From NCBI GenBank assembly GCA_000091205.1, contig AP006502.2: a stretch of 64,000 nucleotides of DNA. The stretch is one strand, 5' to 3'. Made by a program: the position numbers and the translations under genes. A model generated the notes under the pieces. It worked only from the letters and a program-made list of their open reading frames with translations, was not told the origin of the DNA and made no database searches. Shown piece by piece: positions 1 through 12,000 of this stretch (position 1 is the stretch's first letter; each line of letters begins with the position of its first letter). Source of the DNA: Cyanidioschyzon merolae. Taxonomy: Eukaryota.

Positions 1-1403
1 TGTCGCTCTGGTTGAACACGGAAAGCAAGCGTAAGCGTTTCGCCAGAGGTCTGGGTCTCTTCTGCGCTATCTTTGCGATTATTCTGACTTTGACCTCCCT
101 CCGGATCGACGAGGATCTCCGCCGCTACCAGACCAGCGCGCACATGGACTATCATTACAGGGCACGCATTGCTCGCTTGAACAAGGCACTCGTGCGGCGA
201 TGGTGGATTCGTGCGGGCAACGCTTCCTACGAACGCACCCGAAAAAACGTACCACCTCTTGCCAACAGTCTGGACCTCCAAGTGAATGGTAACATCATGC
301 GAGATGTTGACGATCCTTTTGTATATTGCTCCAAAGCGCCGCTCTACCTGGACATTGCAGAGGCGACCCGGAGAGCGGTCGTTGCTGCAGCATACCCTGC
401 ACCCGCAATCTCAATCATCTTCGTTACAAAACGCCCAGGAGGCTATGATATGTTGTTGAACTCACTTGCGCAGCAGAGTCGCAAGAGCCCTCTAGACTAT
501 GAGCTCATTTGTGTTGACGAGTTGGCACCGTTCCGCGCGGAGCTGGTGCGCGCACAAGCCCGCGAGCTGGGTATCAATCTTGTCGCAATCGTTCCAAGCA
601 AGCCACGTCAGACACGTTACCACTCGCTACCGTTCGGCATCTACAATGCACTGAATACCGGTTTCCTCCTGAGTCGTGGTCGAATTATCACGGTTCTCAT
701 GGACAATGGATGGCTCCCTGCAAACTACATAGAGCGCACGCTCGAATTTTATGCCAACCCTGCACACGCTCGCTCATTCCTCGCTTACCCTGAGTGGTTT
801 TTCACAACGGAAAAACCGGATCAGCAGCGTCTCCATAATCCGCTCACAGCGCATCTGTTTCCGGACCCATGGATCGCACCGCCTGTGGAATACACCAAAG
901 GCGGACGGATGCACGGTAATTCCTCCATCCGGAACGTGAACCCCGGCTACATGCGGCCCGAAGAGCTAGTCCAGGCGTGGCGACGCGGAGATCCAGCTGG
1001 ATTCGTTCAACAAGATCCGAAAAATGGATTCTGGGAAATGAGTTTCTGCACCTGTCCATGGAGCGCCATTGAAGAACTCAATGGCCTGGAGGAGTTTCTT
1101 GACATTGGCGACGACTGTCACGAAAGCAACCTGCGCTTCCGGGCTCATCGTCTGGGTTACGATCTGTGGATCGATGGAAACACCATTATTCAGAACGTTT
1201 GGCACAAATTCTACGAGGACTCTAAGACTTGGAACCGCTACGCGTCGGATACCAATATTCCTCGATTCTTTACTGAGGAAATGTCCGCAATCAAGGCCGG
1301 CAAACGCCCAGTTGTGAGCCAGGACGCCCAAGTCGACTGGAAAGTATGGCGCAGCTTGGATTGTCCCATTCAGGTTGCTCGACCGGGTGCTATTTTCTGG
1401 TGA
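1..1403 (+). CDS. GT-A fold (GT2-like) glycosyltransferase, type II membrane protein; 5' end probably just outside the window
   Basis: The reading frame is open to the window edge, and the track 'M' at position 12 is a TTG codon. An N-terminal hydrophobic anchor (GLGLFCAIFAIILTLTSL) is followed by a luminal domain. GT-A signatures are present: SIIFVTKR...LNSLAQQ...YELICVDE near the front, and FLDIGDDCHESNLRFRAHRLG later (a GT2-type ED motif). Confidence 0.4.
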   Translation, partial: SLWLNTESKRKRFARGLGLFCAIFAIILTLTSLRIDEDLRRYQTSAHMDYHYRARIARLNKALVRRWWIRAGNASYERTRKNVPPLANSLDLQVNGNIMRDVDDPFVYCSKAPLYLDIAEATRRAVVAAAYPAPAISIIFVTKRPGGYDMLLNSLAQQSRKSPLDYELICVDELAPFRAELVRAQARELGINLVAIVPSKPRQTRYHSLPFGIYNALNTGFLLSRGRIITVLMDNGWLPANYIERTLEFYANPAHARSFLAYPEWFFTTEKPDQQRLHNPLTAHLFPDPWIAPPVEYTKGGRMHGNSSIRNVNPGYMRPEELVQAWRRGDPAGFVQQDPKNGFWEMSFCTCPWSAIEELNGLEEFLDIGDDCHESNLRFRAHRLGYDLWIDGNTIIQNVWHKFYEDSKTWNRYASDTNIPRFFTEEMSAIKAGKRPVVSQDAQVDWKVWRSLDCPIQVARPGAIFW

Positions 1404-2850
1404 GTTCTGCTCATGGTAGCGAACGTGTGAGCGTCGCGCAAACGTAAAAGGCGCCATGTACCCGAGTCCTGGCGCGGCACCGGCTTGCGTTGCCCATAGC
1501 CGAAGTGTACCCCAAACATGCCAGTTTTGGATCCAATTCGAAGATTGAACTGCTTGCTCTGTTCCCGACTTGAGATTTTTCTCAGATCTGTTTAAGATAT
1601 TGAAAGGCATGCAAAGCACAGCATTAATGGCGTGTGGCGCCGTACGTAGTATTCGGTTTCTCGGACGTTTTTTTCAGGATGGCTGCTTCGCAGCTTCACT
1701 GCTGGAATTCGTTACGTCAACGCAATCAAGATGATCCACGATGCGCTCGAACAGTGATTCGTAGAACAACCAAAAATATTCTCCAGTTCACAGGTACAAG
1801 CTTCCACTCTATTCCGTGTTGGCGCGGGACATGCTCAAATCACGAATCCATCGTCTTTTCGATCTTGCTGTTTCTAGGCAACTCGCAGACGCAGCGATCT
1901 GCGTCACCGGACTGACCAGGGGAAGTTTTCGACGTCGTCCCTGGACGGCTTCTCCAGACGCTCACGCCAAAACGTTCAATGAAATTGTCGCGTGAAATAT
2001 TCGATTCTGTTGGAAAGACATATCCCCTTGTCTTTGAGGTTACTTACGAATCGGCATTGCACAACAACATGGTACCTCATAGAGGGATATTCCCTCACAT
2101 GTCTCTTTCTCTTGCGTTTGCACGAAAAAGGGTCCTGGACTCGGACTTTATTCAACACAGGGATGGCTTCAGCCAGCGTATACGTTGCCGTTTTGCACGA
2201 AAGGGGCCCAGACAGATCAAAATTCATCGAGTTAATCTGATCCCTGGATGTTCCTCTAGGCATTTGTTTCACCATGGAAAGACGTCGCGTTCCACATATC
2301 CCCCACGGGAATCGAAGAACATACGTCTGTGCATGCCATGCGCAGAGTACTCGCCGGCGAGATCGCCCATAAGGAGCCCATGATCATGGAGTACGGCACT
2401 TGGCGCGGAAACTTAGGAGGATACCGTGCGACGCCTTCGAAGCACATCTGGGGCATGTATCGAGCGATAAGGCAAGCGTTCGCACGCCACGGAGTCGCGC
2501 GCGTAGGAGGAAGCGGGATTCACAGATGTTAGCACCTGATTAGAGCGACGACTCTTCGATACGAGTGGCGCACCGAGGCTGCATACAAAGAAGATGAAAA
2601 TGGCAAGCGAAGCGCAGGTCGCAACTTCCGCCTGTCCATGATCTACATTCAAAACGTCCGGTAGCAGCGAAATCTAGACCTTAACCCTGCCATTAACATT
2701 CTTGCACTGCTGACGATGGAGCTGGAGGGAAAGCAGAGACCAGCGCATGTGAAGCCGGTGATAAAAGAGAAGAAATAGAAGCAGCCGGAGACAAGGCCCG
2801 CAAACGCTGCTGTTGATGCTAATGGCAAAGGCCCGGACTTTAAACTGAAT

Positions 2851-3033
2851 GCCCTAGTTATCCACGTAAACCGTTGCATTTTACCCTGACTGAGGATAAA
2901 CATGCTATGGACGCCCTACTTAGCCACGTAAACCGTTGCACTTTACCCTGACTCAGTATATACATGCTATGGACGCCCTACTTAGTCACGTAAACCGTTG
3001 CATTTCACCCTGACTGAGTATAAACATGTTATG
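2851..3033. repeat. tandem repeat, 62-bp unit x3
   Basis: The unit gccctacttagccacgtaaaccgttgcactttaccctgactcagtatatacatgctatggac is repeated three times with a few substitutions. Confidence 0.9.
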
Positions 3034-3587
3034 AAAGCAGACGATGAGAAGCCGTGATGATGCCTGTCTACCTGACGATTCTCTCGCCTGATGAATCGGG
3101 CCCATGGCGAGACGCAGCGGACTGGATGCATCTGCGCTGTCCATATCAAAGGCAGTAGACTCCTGATCAGCGACGGTACCTAGAGGTACTGGGCAAGCCT
3201 CGGCGGGGACGCAACTTTTCGCGTGATACCCGCTGGCAGTTCGGCGCCATCAGGTTCCAGCGGGCGGCGCTTCGACGCTGCAGGAAGCATCGAATCCATC
3301 ATGGGCACCAGGAAATAACAGAAAACAGCACCAGAATAGAACGAAATGCGATACGGAACGACAGCGCACGAACCGGGAGAGTCACTGTATGCTTTGGCGG
3401 TACGAGTCTTCGTGGGGCTCCTTGCGAAAAGCACGCATTTACCAAGTTCAAGATATAGCGAGCTCCCGCGGTGCAACTGCGACTATACACTGTGCTGGTT
3501 GCCCACGATACGGTACAGCGGCGTATTTCTAGCCGGTGCATAACGCAAATCACGCTCTTCGGCGACAACCGTGAAACCCCGTCGCGC

Positions 3588-5222
3588 CTAAAAGCGCGGC
3601 GGCGGTAGATAGGGAAGCGGGGCAATGTATGCATCTGGAAACGCGCAATCTATGCCACTCATTACGGCTGATGCATCCTTGCGTAACCGTCGAGCAGACG
3701 CACTGCTTTTCTCGTTGCTAAACGTCAGCGAATCCGTGGAGTCTTTGTTCGGCGTTCGGCACGAGCTCAAATCCGCCTCCGGAAACGTCAAGTGAGCGGG
3801 AGCTGGGGCCCCCCAGTGCCCTGCTTCATACCGTAACTCGAGGGTAGACGGCTTCCCATCTCTAGTGCGGGTCAATAACGTCAAGGCAAGCGCCAATGGA
3901 AGATAAAGAATCGTCTGGCGAAAGAGCCTCCGCGCTACGGCGATGTCTAGCGGGCGTCGAACGAGTTGCCCGGCGTGAAGCGTCAACCAGAGCGCTAGTA
4001 ACGTATGACCGAACCCAAAGCCATCGGCGCAAAGGTGCTCGCGAACAAACCAGACCCCAGTTGGTATCAGCGCTGCCGAAGATACCCACGCCAACCGAGC
4101 GTTCCACACTGGACTCGTCAACGCTAGCATGCGGTAGCCAGCAGACATGTAGTCCGCTCGACAGAGCACTGCGAGGGCATGGAAATGGGGAATTTGCCAG
4201 AAAAACAAGAGGGCTGCTAGCGGGAATCCACCCCGGAGGCTCTCAGCGTCCTTGCCGCAAACGCCAGGAACTGCAGTCCCTGTGTCCGAGGATGCCGCAG
4301 CCCAGCCCATCAGCGGCGGGATTGCCCCAACCAGTGCACCGATCCAGGTGTTGAGTGGAGTCAGCACTTTCAGCGGTGTATAGACCGACACGTAGAGCAG
4401 GGTATTGCCCAGGCCGAGTAGGGCAGTCTGTGGATTCGTTCCCCAGTACAAGGACATGACGCCAGTCATGCCGCATATGCACGCGAAAGCGAGGGCATGG
4501 CCAACGCTCAGTCGACCTGCTGGCAGTGGACGAAAACGAGTGCGCTTCATGCGCGAGTCCAAACGTGCCTCCATGATCTGGTTCATCGTATTCGCTGCGG
4601 CAGCACAGAGAAAAGTCCCAACACTGAGCCACCCGAACCGACGCACTCGCTCCCAAGCGTCTCGCAACCCGACCTGCCGCAGTGTGTCCTGGTCAAGAGC
4701 TCGAGGCGCTGTCTCGTCCACAAGCCCCGGTGAAACGCCGGCAACACGGGCATCCACGGGGTATAGCAGGTACCCCGCTTGTGCGGACAAAACAACCATA
4801 CCGGTTAATCTGTACTTGGATAGACGCAGATAGTCGCGGAAAAAGGAGCCTGCACGCGTCGTGAGCACCTCCGACAGTGTCGATTCGGTAGCAGCCTCTG
4901 AACTTGTAGGCAGTCTTTCCGAAACGCCGGCGGCGCAGCCCAGTTCGGTACTGAGGTGAGCAGCGCGCGTACCGACCGCTGTTGCGGTGCTCCGACCCAA
5001 AAGCGGCGCCCGAGCGCTCGCGCCAACAGCTGCGCTCAGCGGCACAAGTCGTGACACAGCTTTCAAAGACGTCAGCTCCCGAACACTTTGCCACAGAGGC
5101 GCTGTGGGTGGAACGACCCCAGGGCAGTCAACACCGGCCCAGGCCCTGTTCGCGAGAGCGCGCCCTGGGTAACAGCGAACCGAGTGCCGCTTTAGTAGAG
5201 GCAGCGTCCTCCCCAGTGACAT
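3588..5222 (-). CDS. COX10: protoheme IX farnesyltransferase (heme O synthase, COX10), mitochondrial
   Basis: UbiA-family motifs match COX10: NTMNQIMEARLDSRMKRTRFRPLPAGR, YTPLKVLTPLNTWIGALVGAIPPLMGW and WQIPHFHALAV. The track start at 5252 is a TTG codon, so the first ATG at 5222 is used. The N-terminus is Arg/Ser-rich and presequence-like. Confidence 0.85.
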   Translation of the reverse strand: MSLGRTLPLLKRHSVRCYPGRALANRAWAGVDCPGVVPPTAPLWQSVRELTSLKAVSRLVPLSAAVGASARAPLLGRSTATAVGTRAAHLSTELGCAAGVSERLPTSSEAATESTLSEVLTTRAGSFFRDYLRLSKYRLTGMVVLSAQAGYLLYPVDARVAGVSPGLVDETAPRALDQDTLRQVGLRDAWERVRRFGWLSVGTFLCAAAANTMNQIMEARLDSRMKRTRFRPLPAGRLSVGHALAFACICGMTGVMSLYWGTNPQTALLGLGNTLLYVSVYTPLKVLTPLNTWIGALVGAIPPLMGWAAASSDTGTAVPGVCGKDAESLRGGFPLAALLFFWQIPHFHALAVLCRADYMSAGYRMLALTSPVWNARLAWVSSAALIPTGVWFVREHLCADGFGFGHTLLALWLTLHAGQLVRRPLDIAVARRLFRQTILYLPLALALTLLTRTRDGKPSTLELRYEAGHWGAPAPAHLTFPEADLSSCRTPNKDSTDSLTFSNEKSSASARRLRKDASAVMSGIDCAFPDAYIAPLPYLPPPRF

Positions 5223-5924
5223 GATTCTACCGGAGAAACTGCAGCCGCTCAAATGATGCGGCGACGACGTGCAGCGGCAACCTCGCCGGACGAGGCCTAC
5301 AGAATGTCTAGAGGCGTTGGGTGTTATGCTTCAGTAGTGTGAGAGCGGCGACGCTGATGGTGCTCGCGGTGCGCAGTTTCGACAGGGATACGGATGAGAC
5401 AATTATGTATATTATTGCAAAGCACGTTCGGCAGCCGCCTCAACGTCGGATTTCGATCTGGATGCCTCAGGCTATTCGGGTGTGCCGACACCAGCACGCA
5501 CTTCACTAGCGTCTGTTGTGCACAAAAGCTGAATGATGCAGCTCGTCCTCGGCTAAGCGTGCACCTTGATGCTATCTGCACGATCATGGTTCGTACCGGG
5601 TTTGCGCATGCGCAGCACGATGCTTCTCTGCCTCCATCATGCGTTTGCATTGATGTATGTGACTGGGGTGCCAGCTAGATTCCGCTGCACGTTGCGAGCG
5701 TGCATTGATCATTCGCTCTCGAATGGGCGCTTTCCTTCAGGTTTCTTGCAAGTTTGAGGAGCTACCGGATCCAAGATGGATGTTTTTGGCCAAATGGTGT
5801 CATACGAGTGCACAGGAAAATAGAGATTATGAGGAATGAACATGCCGCTCTCGACTCTGGACGCATGAATGGTGCTGCGGTCACAGCGGTGACTCGACCA
5901 AATGGTGCTATGCATCTTTTTTTC

Positions 5925-6132
5925 AGATCATACGCAATACGTCCCTTGCTCTATCATTCTAAACGATTTGTCGATTACACAGCGTATCCCGTTTCCTATT
6001 TGCCAGATCATACGCAATACGTCCCTTGCTCTATCATTCTGAACGTTTTGTCGATTACACAGCGTATCCCGTATCCCATTTGCCGAATCATACGCAATAC
6101 GTCCCTTGCCCTATCATTCTAAACGACTTGTC
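5925..6132. repeat. tandem repeat, 80-bp unit x2.6
   Basis: The unit agatcatacgcaatacgtcccttgctctatcattctaaacgatttgtcgattacacagcgtatcccgtttcctatttgcc is repeated. Confidence 0.9.
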
Positions 6133-6416
6133 TACGAGACATCGCCCAGTTCATCGATGAACAGCAGCGGTCAGCCAAAGGCGCGTGCGTTACGCGACGG
6201 GTGGCGCGAAAGCGCGGGAGCCTGAGCGCTTACCGCCTCTGGGCGCAACGCGCGGCTTGCGCTTCTGGGCTAGCTTGAGCCTGTACGACACGAACGTTCA
6301 GAGCGGGACACACTTGGCAACTATTTCGCTTTTCTGGACTGCTTTATTTATCATCTAGGAGTGAAACTGGAGTCGGTTTTTGCATAGAAAACGGGCACTG
6401 CGGATATTCGCAGTTC

Positions 6417-8261
6417 ATGAAAGTCAGCGGGCGACAAGCGGAGTCCTCTTGGTCGCCGCTGACGCCCAGCGCAAAAGTTGTCCAGCGAACCGAAGGCACT
6501 CTGCTAGACCTGACCGAATGGCCTACGTCGCTAGATCCAGAGTCATGGACTGTTGACCACGCCACCTACGCGTGTCTATGGAATGACGAGCAGCCGCTTT
6601 CTTCGCTTTGGAGCAACGAGGAGCTCGACAGTCAGCAGGTCGAGCTGCCTCTCAGCACCGAACGGAATATTCTTACACTGAACTCTCCTGGTCAGCCCTG
6701 CAACCCAAGTGGCAATGATCTACTCACCGCACAGCTACCTATGAAGGAAGTGAAAGAAGCACGTGCGAGCGTTTTGGACGATATGGCTGCGAGCCGTGCG
6801 CTCCCGGAGGGCTCTAATCTGCTCACGCTGGCGCAGCGTACTGTTCATACGGCTGGTGGCGGCACTATCAGCGTTCGCTTTAGAGACGATAGAGCCCTGA
6901 ACGCCGATACCAGTCTCGCTCAAAGCGTTTGTGAAGAGGCGGCATTCACTGAAGCTCGCGGCTTTCTCGGGGCGAGCACCGTTTGCTGCCACACTGGCGG
7001 CCATGTTGCGGCACAAGTGCTTTGTCGTGATGGCAACATGAAGTCTTGCGATACGGGTCCCAAGAATCAGGTTTACATGAAAGCGGCGGATTCTGACGAC
7101 TTCATCGGGGCCTCGGGTTTCGCGCCAGACGCCTCAGCGCCTGGCAAAGAGATCACCTCACCCTTGCCGTGGACGGCGGATCACCGGCAAGTTCCAGCAT
7201 GGCCGCGGCACGCTAGGCGAATACGTGCCCCCTTGAACCTGGAGAATACCCTGAGGTCCACGAATATGGCGCTGGGACCAGAACAGCATATCGATGACAA
7301 AGGTTTACCAGGATCCGGGGACACATCTCCGCGGAAACCGAGCACCGCTCCCGAAGATTTCGAGGATTTCGGATCAACAGCTGTTGGCATGGACCGAATC
7401 GAGCGTGATTCGGCGCTATCCGGAGAAGCGTCAGCGATTCTGGACTCGCAATCGGCACTTCATTGTGCAGAGTGGCTTCATGAATGGAATGAGAGCGCGG
7501 ATCCGTGGCGCACGTCACTGGCTTCATCGGGTCTCGCCAGCACCCCTAATCTGCATAGCTCTTCCCGAGGAAATTTGATCGATCCAGAAACAACGGCGAC
7601 ATCGGCGTCAAATCTGCCTGCATACAACATATGTGGTGGCTTGCTCCTGGGAACGCTGCAAACGACCGTCATCGCCATCGACTGCTCCCAGACGGCGCAC
7701 GGGGATGCACCGACTGCAACCCGCTGGCAAACCTCGCGTGAAGCTGAGACTGGAGAGGCGCGGCACCAAGGCATGAGCCTCCAACGATGCCAGATCGGAG
7801 ACGTTCTCAAGCAAAAGCGATCTCGCGAACGAGATCATCTAGAGGACTCGATGGATCAGGTTCCCGCTGATGCTCACTTCAACGCAATGCTTCACATGTC
7901 GAAGAGCCTGGTTCAAGGAGACGACGACGATGACGTTCCGCAACAGACGTCCGTGACGTATGCAACCCCTGCACGGAAGCGACAGCGCCGCTGTGACGAT
8001 CCGCCCGGGCATCGGCATTCGTTGCATGCGGGGTTACCACCCTTGCAAAGCACGGCGCATCCACTGGCTACCGGCAACAATGCCGCGGACTTGGATAGCA
8101 GGCGCTCACTGCGGGACTTTGTGGTCAACAGAATCGGAGCGTTTCGGCGCATGGTACCTCGCCTGCGCGAAGCCGGTCCGTACTGGCAACTCGAAAACGG
8201 CACGACTTGGCGCGCGCCGGTGGTACTTGCGGATCCAACGCCGGCGCTTCATCTTCTCTAA
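6417..8261 (+). CDS. hypothetical low-complexity protein with basic NLS-like patches
   Basis: A 614-aa ATG-initiated ORF, far longer than chance ORFs in this composition. It contains KQKRSRERDH and PARKRQRR patches. No recognisable domain. Confidence 0.3.
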   Translation: MKVSGRQAESSWSPLTPSAKVVQRTEGTLLDLTEWPTSLDPESWTVDHATYACLWNDEQPLSSLWSNEELDSQQVELPLSTERNILTLNSPGQPCNPSGNDLLTAQLPMKEVKEARASVLDDMAASRALPEGSNLLTLAQRTVHTAGGGTISVRFRDDRALNADTSLAQSVCEEAAFTEARGFLGASTVCCHTGGHVAAQVLCRDGNMKSCDTGPKNQVYMKAADSDDFIGASGFAPDASAPGKEITSPLPWTADHRQVPAWPRHARRIRAPLNLENTLRSTNMALGPEQHIDDKGLPGSGDTSPRKPSTAPEDFEDFGSTAVGMDRIERDSALSGEASAILDSQSALHCAEWLHEWNESADPWRTSLASSGLASTPNLHSSSRGNLIDPETTATSASNLPAYNICGGLLLGTLQTTVIAIDCSQTAHGDAPTATRWQTSREAETGEARHQGMSLQRCQIGDVLKQKRSRERDHLEDSMDQVPADAHFNAMLHMSKSLVQGDDDDDVPQQTSVTYATPARKRQRRCDDPPGHRHSLHAGLPPLQSTAHPLATGNNAADLDSRRSLRDFVVNRIGAFRRMVPRLREAGPYWQLENGTTWRAPVVLADPTPALHLL

Positions 8262-8547
8262 ATGGATTGATGCTGATGCACCGCTGACCTGAAGGAGCAT
8301 GCTGGACCTGGGCGTCCATATGACACCCCTGAAAACTGATACACCGCGCCGTACTGCTTGAAGCGGCATCGAATCAGCTTGAAGTGTTAGAGCGGTGGTC
8401 TTTCGCACGCAAACCTCAACGTTTCTATGCTGATTTCAGACCAGAGTGGATCAGGCCCACGTGGCTAACTCGAGCGTATACGCTAAAGTTGAGGTCTCGT
8501 TCCGCTTTCATCTACAGTGATCCTCACAGGCTCGTTCTGAGATTGCT

Positions 8548-9095
8548 TGGTTCCCTCGATACATCTCTCTCTCTCTCTGTCGGATATCCGGATATCAACA
8601 CGCCGGTCTCGTATATCGTTCCAGCTTCGCTATCAGCAGCAGGATCAGGTTGATGGCAGCGTTAGGGTCGCGATTTCGCCGCTTCTGGCTGTTGTCAATG
8701 TATTTCATGCCCAGGCAAAAGCTAAGATTCACGCATCGCTTGACTTTTTCATCTTTCCCCGAGTCTAGCATCGGTGCGTGCCACGCATTGGGGACTCTTG
8801 CCCGTTGTAAAGTGTTCCCGTATGGCAAAGATCCGTCAGTCTTCGAGAAGCGGCCCCGTGGCACGCGAACGCTTGCTTCATCTCTCGGTGTACGCCCTTG
8901 ACGGAGTACAGAAGGCTCGCCCCAAAGTACTCCTCTGTTTCCGCTTCTGAACGATCCCTTACGGCAAATGCGCTGTCGGCTGCATGCGGAAGCGCACGTT
9001 GTCTCGTTTGATAGGGAAGTTATGGAATGTGATGTTCTCCATGATGGAACAAGTACCGAAAAGAATACGCAGGGTGGAGAACGCGTCGAGCGCAT
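8548..9095 (-). mobile_element. repeat family 1, copy C: decayed TnpB/Fanzor-like 3' gene fragment plus conserved downstream tail
   Basis: The minus-strand ORF ends ...KRCVNLSFCLGMKYIDNSQKRRNRDPNAAINLILLL*. This is a zinc-finger plus RuvC-III-like DRDxNAAxNI motif, with the first Asp replaced by Asn. Nucleotide homology to the other copies starts from the shared boundary motif (tttttctgtgactgc-like). Protein-level homology to copy B holds for 400 bp or more. Confidence 0.45.
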
Positions 9096-9248
9096 TCCAA
9101 ATATCTACGCCCCGCATCGTGCAAAGCGATGGCAGACTCCCCAATAGAAGCGATCACTGCGATGACGCAAATCCGAATGCAAGACCCATTTCCATGCAAA
9201 TAGGAGAGACACGGGAGCCCCCGGGAGCGTATCCCCTGAGAAGTAGCA

Positions 9249-9269
9249 CTGCTGCTGCTGCTGCTGCTG
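9249..9269. repeat. (CTG)7 microsatellite
   Basis: A direct read of ctgctgctgctgctgctgctg. Confidence 0.9.
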
Positions 9270-10140
9270 AATGCCAAATCATCGCTTGAAGGCCCGCATT
9301 TTAGGTTCAGTTGTTGTTTTTTGCGAGCATTCGATTATTTGAATCGACAATTTCCGTTATCTTTCTGCATGCGAATCTCAACCATTCGTCAAGGGAACAA
9401 GTCGAGTACGTTTTACTCGTCGATGCAACAACGCGAACCGTTACGCCCATGGGATGTTTTGAAATAGAAAGATCGAAAACTTGAAGCGTGCGCGATTGGA
9501 GCATCCTGCACGTACGGAAAGTACAAACGCAGCGGCTCGTACGTACGCGTCGTCGGTTAACGATATCGGGTCTTTTGTACACCCTTGTTCGAGAGTATCA
9601 CCAATCATCTTGATTCCCTTGACCTAACGAGTTCCAGCGGGAACGCGTGGAATGAGCCACTCCAGAGCGAGACAGAGGCACCCCAGCATCCTGCGGTTAC
9701 ATGTAGATCCGTATACCCCTATTGCGGCACATCTAAAAAGTTCGAAAAATAATTTCGTGGAATGAACAGAGCAAGTGGTTCAGTGCTCCGCATGAATCTT
9801 ATACGGCTCTAGTGACTCCTTGGTACGACGAAAGGTTCACAGAGTACGGACTAATGAGCAGCGTTGCGCAATGCACGTCGTGGGACTTGCAACAACTGGG
9901 GTCCGGTCTGTCTGGGTAGGGTGCTGCACCTTGGGCTTGAACACGAACTGGGCGCGCTACTGGATGCGCCCCAGCAGCGATCACTGCTGATCTCACTCCG
10001 CTCGCAGGCAGTTACGATACACAGGGCGCATGTTCGCGAGCAACCCATCCGAAAATCCCTCCGACAGTACGTTTAGGTGCGAGTAAGCTCTTTTCGAGCA
10101 ACGCGTTAGCCAATCGCTCTCAATCCACCAAGTGCCTCCA

Positions 10141-11502
10141 CTAGCTCTGCGTCCACTGAATGGATTTCAGGTCTATGCCTTCCTGTACCATCTCCCACAG
10201 GGGCGACATTTCACGTAGCCTCTGCACATGCCGCTCGGCCATATCGACGGCATAGTCAATCTCTGATGCAGTCGTAAAGCGACCAATGCCAAAACGAATA
10301 CTCGTATGTGCGAGATCCTCGTCGACACCGAGCGCGCGAAGCACATAACTCGGCTCCAGGGATGCCGAAGTGCAGGCGCTGCCACTGCTTACCGCGATGG
10401 TTTTCAACGCCATTAGGAGGGATTCCCCTTCCACGTACGCAAAGCTAAAGTTCAGGCATCCGGGGTAACGGAATTCACGCGAACCGTTGAGTTGGACATG
10501 AGGGATTCGTTGCACGATACCATTGTAAAGCCGCTCGGACAGTTCGACAACATGGGCATAGTCCCGCTCCAGTTCCTGTTCAGCCACGTCACAGGCTGCT
10601 CCGAGACCAACCACGAGCGGCGTCGGCAGCGTTCCCGAGCGAAGGCCACGCTCCTGACCGCCGCCGTTGATAATAGGGTCGAGGCGAACGCGCGGACGTC
10701 GGCGCACAAAGAGGGCCCCAACGCCCTTGGGGCCGTATATCTTGTGGCCACTTATGGAGAGCAGGTCGATGTTCATGGCCTCGACGTCGATAGGAATTTT
10801 TCCCACTGCCTGTGCAGCGTCGCAATGGAAGAAGACGCCGCGCTCACGACACAGCTGTCCGATTGCAGCGATGGGTTGCAAGGTCCCAATCTCGTTGTTC
10901 ACAGCCATGACTGAAACGATCGCGGTATCGCTCCGGATGGCAGCTGAGAGCGTCTCGAGGCTAACACGTCCGTCCGGTTGCACTGGAACGTACGTCACCT
11001 GGAAGCCTTCGCGTTCCAGATGCCGGCACGAGTCCAGGACGCACTTGTGCTCGGTGGTGGTCGTCACGATGTGGCGCTTCGATTGGCGGTAGAACTGTGC
11101 TACGCCTTTGATGGCGAGGTTATTGGACTCGGTCGCGCCGCTCGTGAAAATGATCTCCTTTGGACTCGAGGCATTAATGAGTTTCGCGACTTGCTCACGA
11201 GCGCGCTCTGTGGCTTTTTCCGCGCTCCAACCGTAGCTGTGGGTACGGGAATGTGCATTCCCGTATTCGTGTAGAAAATAGGGCAGCATGGCGTCGAGAA
11301 CGCGAGGATCCACGGGAGTCGTCGCCTGAAAGTCCATGTAGATCGGCCGCCTCTGTACAAGTCCTTCTTCTGTCAACTTGGATGCTGCAGCACCTTCAGT
11401 TGCTGCAACTCCTGCCTCGTGGTGTAGGGCGCGAGTCTGTTGCGCTCCAGGGCGCCAACAGGGGCGCAGCACGTTACGCAGCAACAACAGCTGGGAACGC
11501 AT
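10141..11502 (-). CDS. NFS1: cysteine desulfurase NFS1/IscS, mitochondrial
   Basis: Full-length IscS homology, including [41 protein letters not shown] and the active-site SSGSACTS. The track start at 11604 is a TTG codon. The first ATG at 11502 gives [19 protein letters not shown], a classic mitochondrial presequence. Confidence 0.9.
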   Translation of the reverse strand: MRSQLLLLRNVLRPCWRPGAQQTRALHHEAGVAATEGAAASKLTEEGLVQRRPIYMDFQATTPVDPRVLDAMLPYFLHEYGNAHSRTHSYGWSAEKATERAREQVAKLINASSPKEIIFTSGATESNNLAIKGVAQFYRQSKRHIVTTTTEHKCVLDSCRHLEREGFQVTYVPVQPDGRVSLETLSAAIRSDTAIVSVMAVNNEIGTLQPIAAIGQLCRERGVFFHCDAAQAVGKIPIDVEAMNIDLLSISGHKIYGPKGVGALFVRRRPRVRLDPIINGGGQERGLRSGTLPTPLVVGLGAACDVAEQELERDYAHVVELSERLYNGIVQRIPHVQLNGSREFRYPGCLNFSFAYVEGESLLMALKTIAVSSGSACTSASLEPSYVLRALGVDEDLAHTSIRFGIGRFTTASEIDYAVDMAERHVQRLREMSPLWEMVQEGIDLKSIQWTQS

Positions 11503-12000
11503 GGCGCCTTCGAGTCCTTTGACCGTCCTGCTTGCTGCGTTCCGGCTAAACGACTTGCTCTGCGTGATAAACCTTCCGTTTCCAGAAAGATGCACTCGGC
11601 ACAATGTCGGCTTCGTGACCAGCAGAAGCTAGAGCCGCTTTCCACTGCCCCGCAAAGTGCACCTGTTGCTCGGTACGGTCGCTATTACCTGTTTTCACGC
11701 CTGCTCCAGCACACACTCCCAACTAGCTACGTCCAGGTTCAATCTATGTTCACTATTCTCCACAAGAAACAGTGAAGCAGAAAGGTACAATCGTATACCT
11801 GTTCTGCGTACGAAACTTGAAGAACACTTCGACAGGTGTGAATGTCTTCGCAGTGCGTTGCGTTCCCAGCGAGACTTGTGCGTCGCCTGCATTCTGCCGA
11901 GCTCCGCACTTTTGCCGTCGTTCACCTGAATTATGTTCCGCGCTGAAATACTTGTCACGAAATCCTTTTTCGGAGTTTATAGCAAACGCGTTTAAAGTGC

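Noticed and set aside
3896-5094. Multiple 100-150-aa ORFs antisense to or overlapping COX10 (3896-4354, 4243-4656, 4405-4833, 4693-5094).
   Set aside because: They are alternative-frame shadows of a well-supported gene. None has a recognisable motif.
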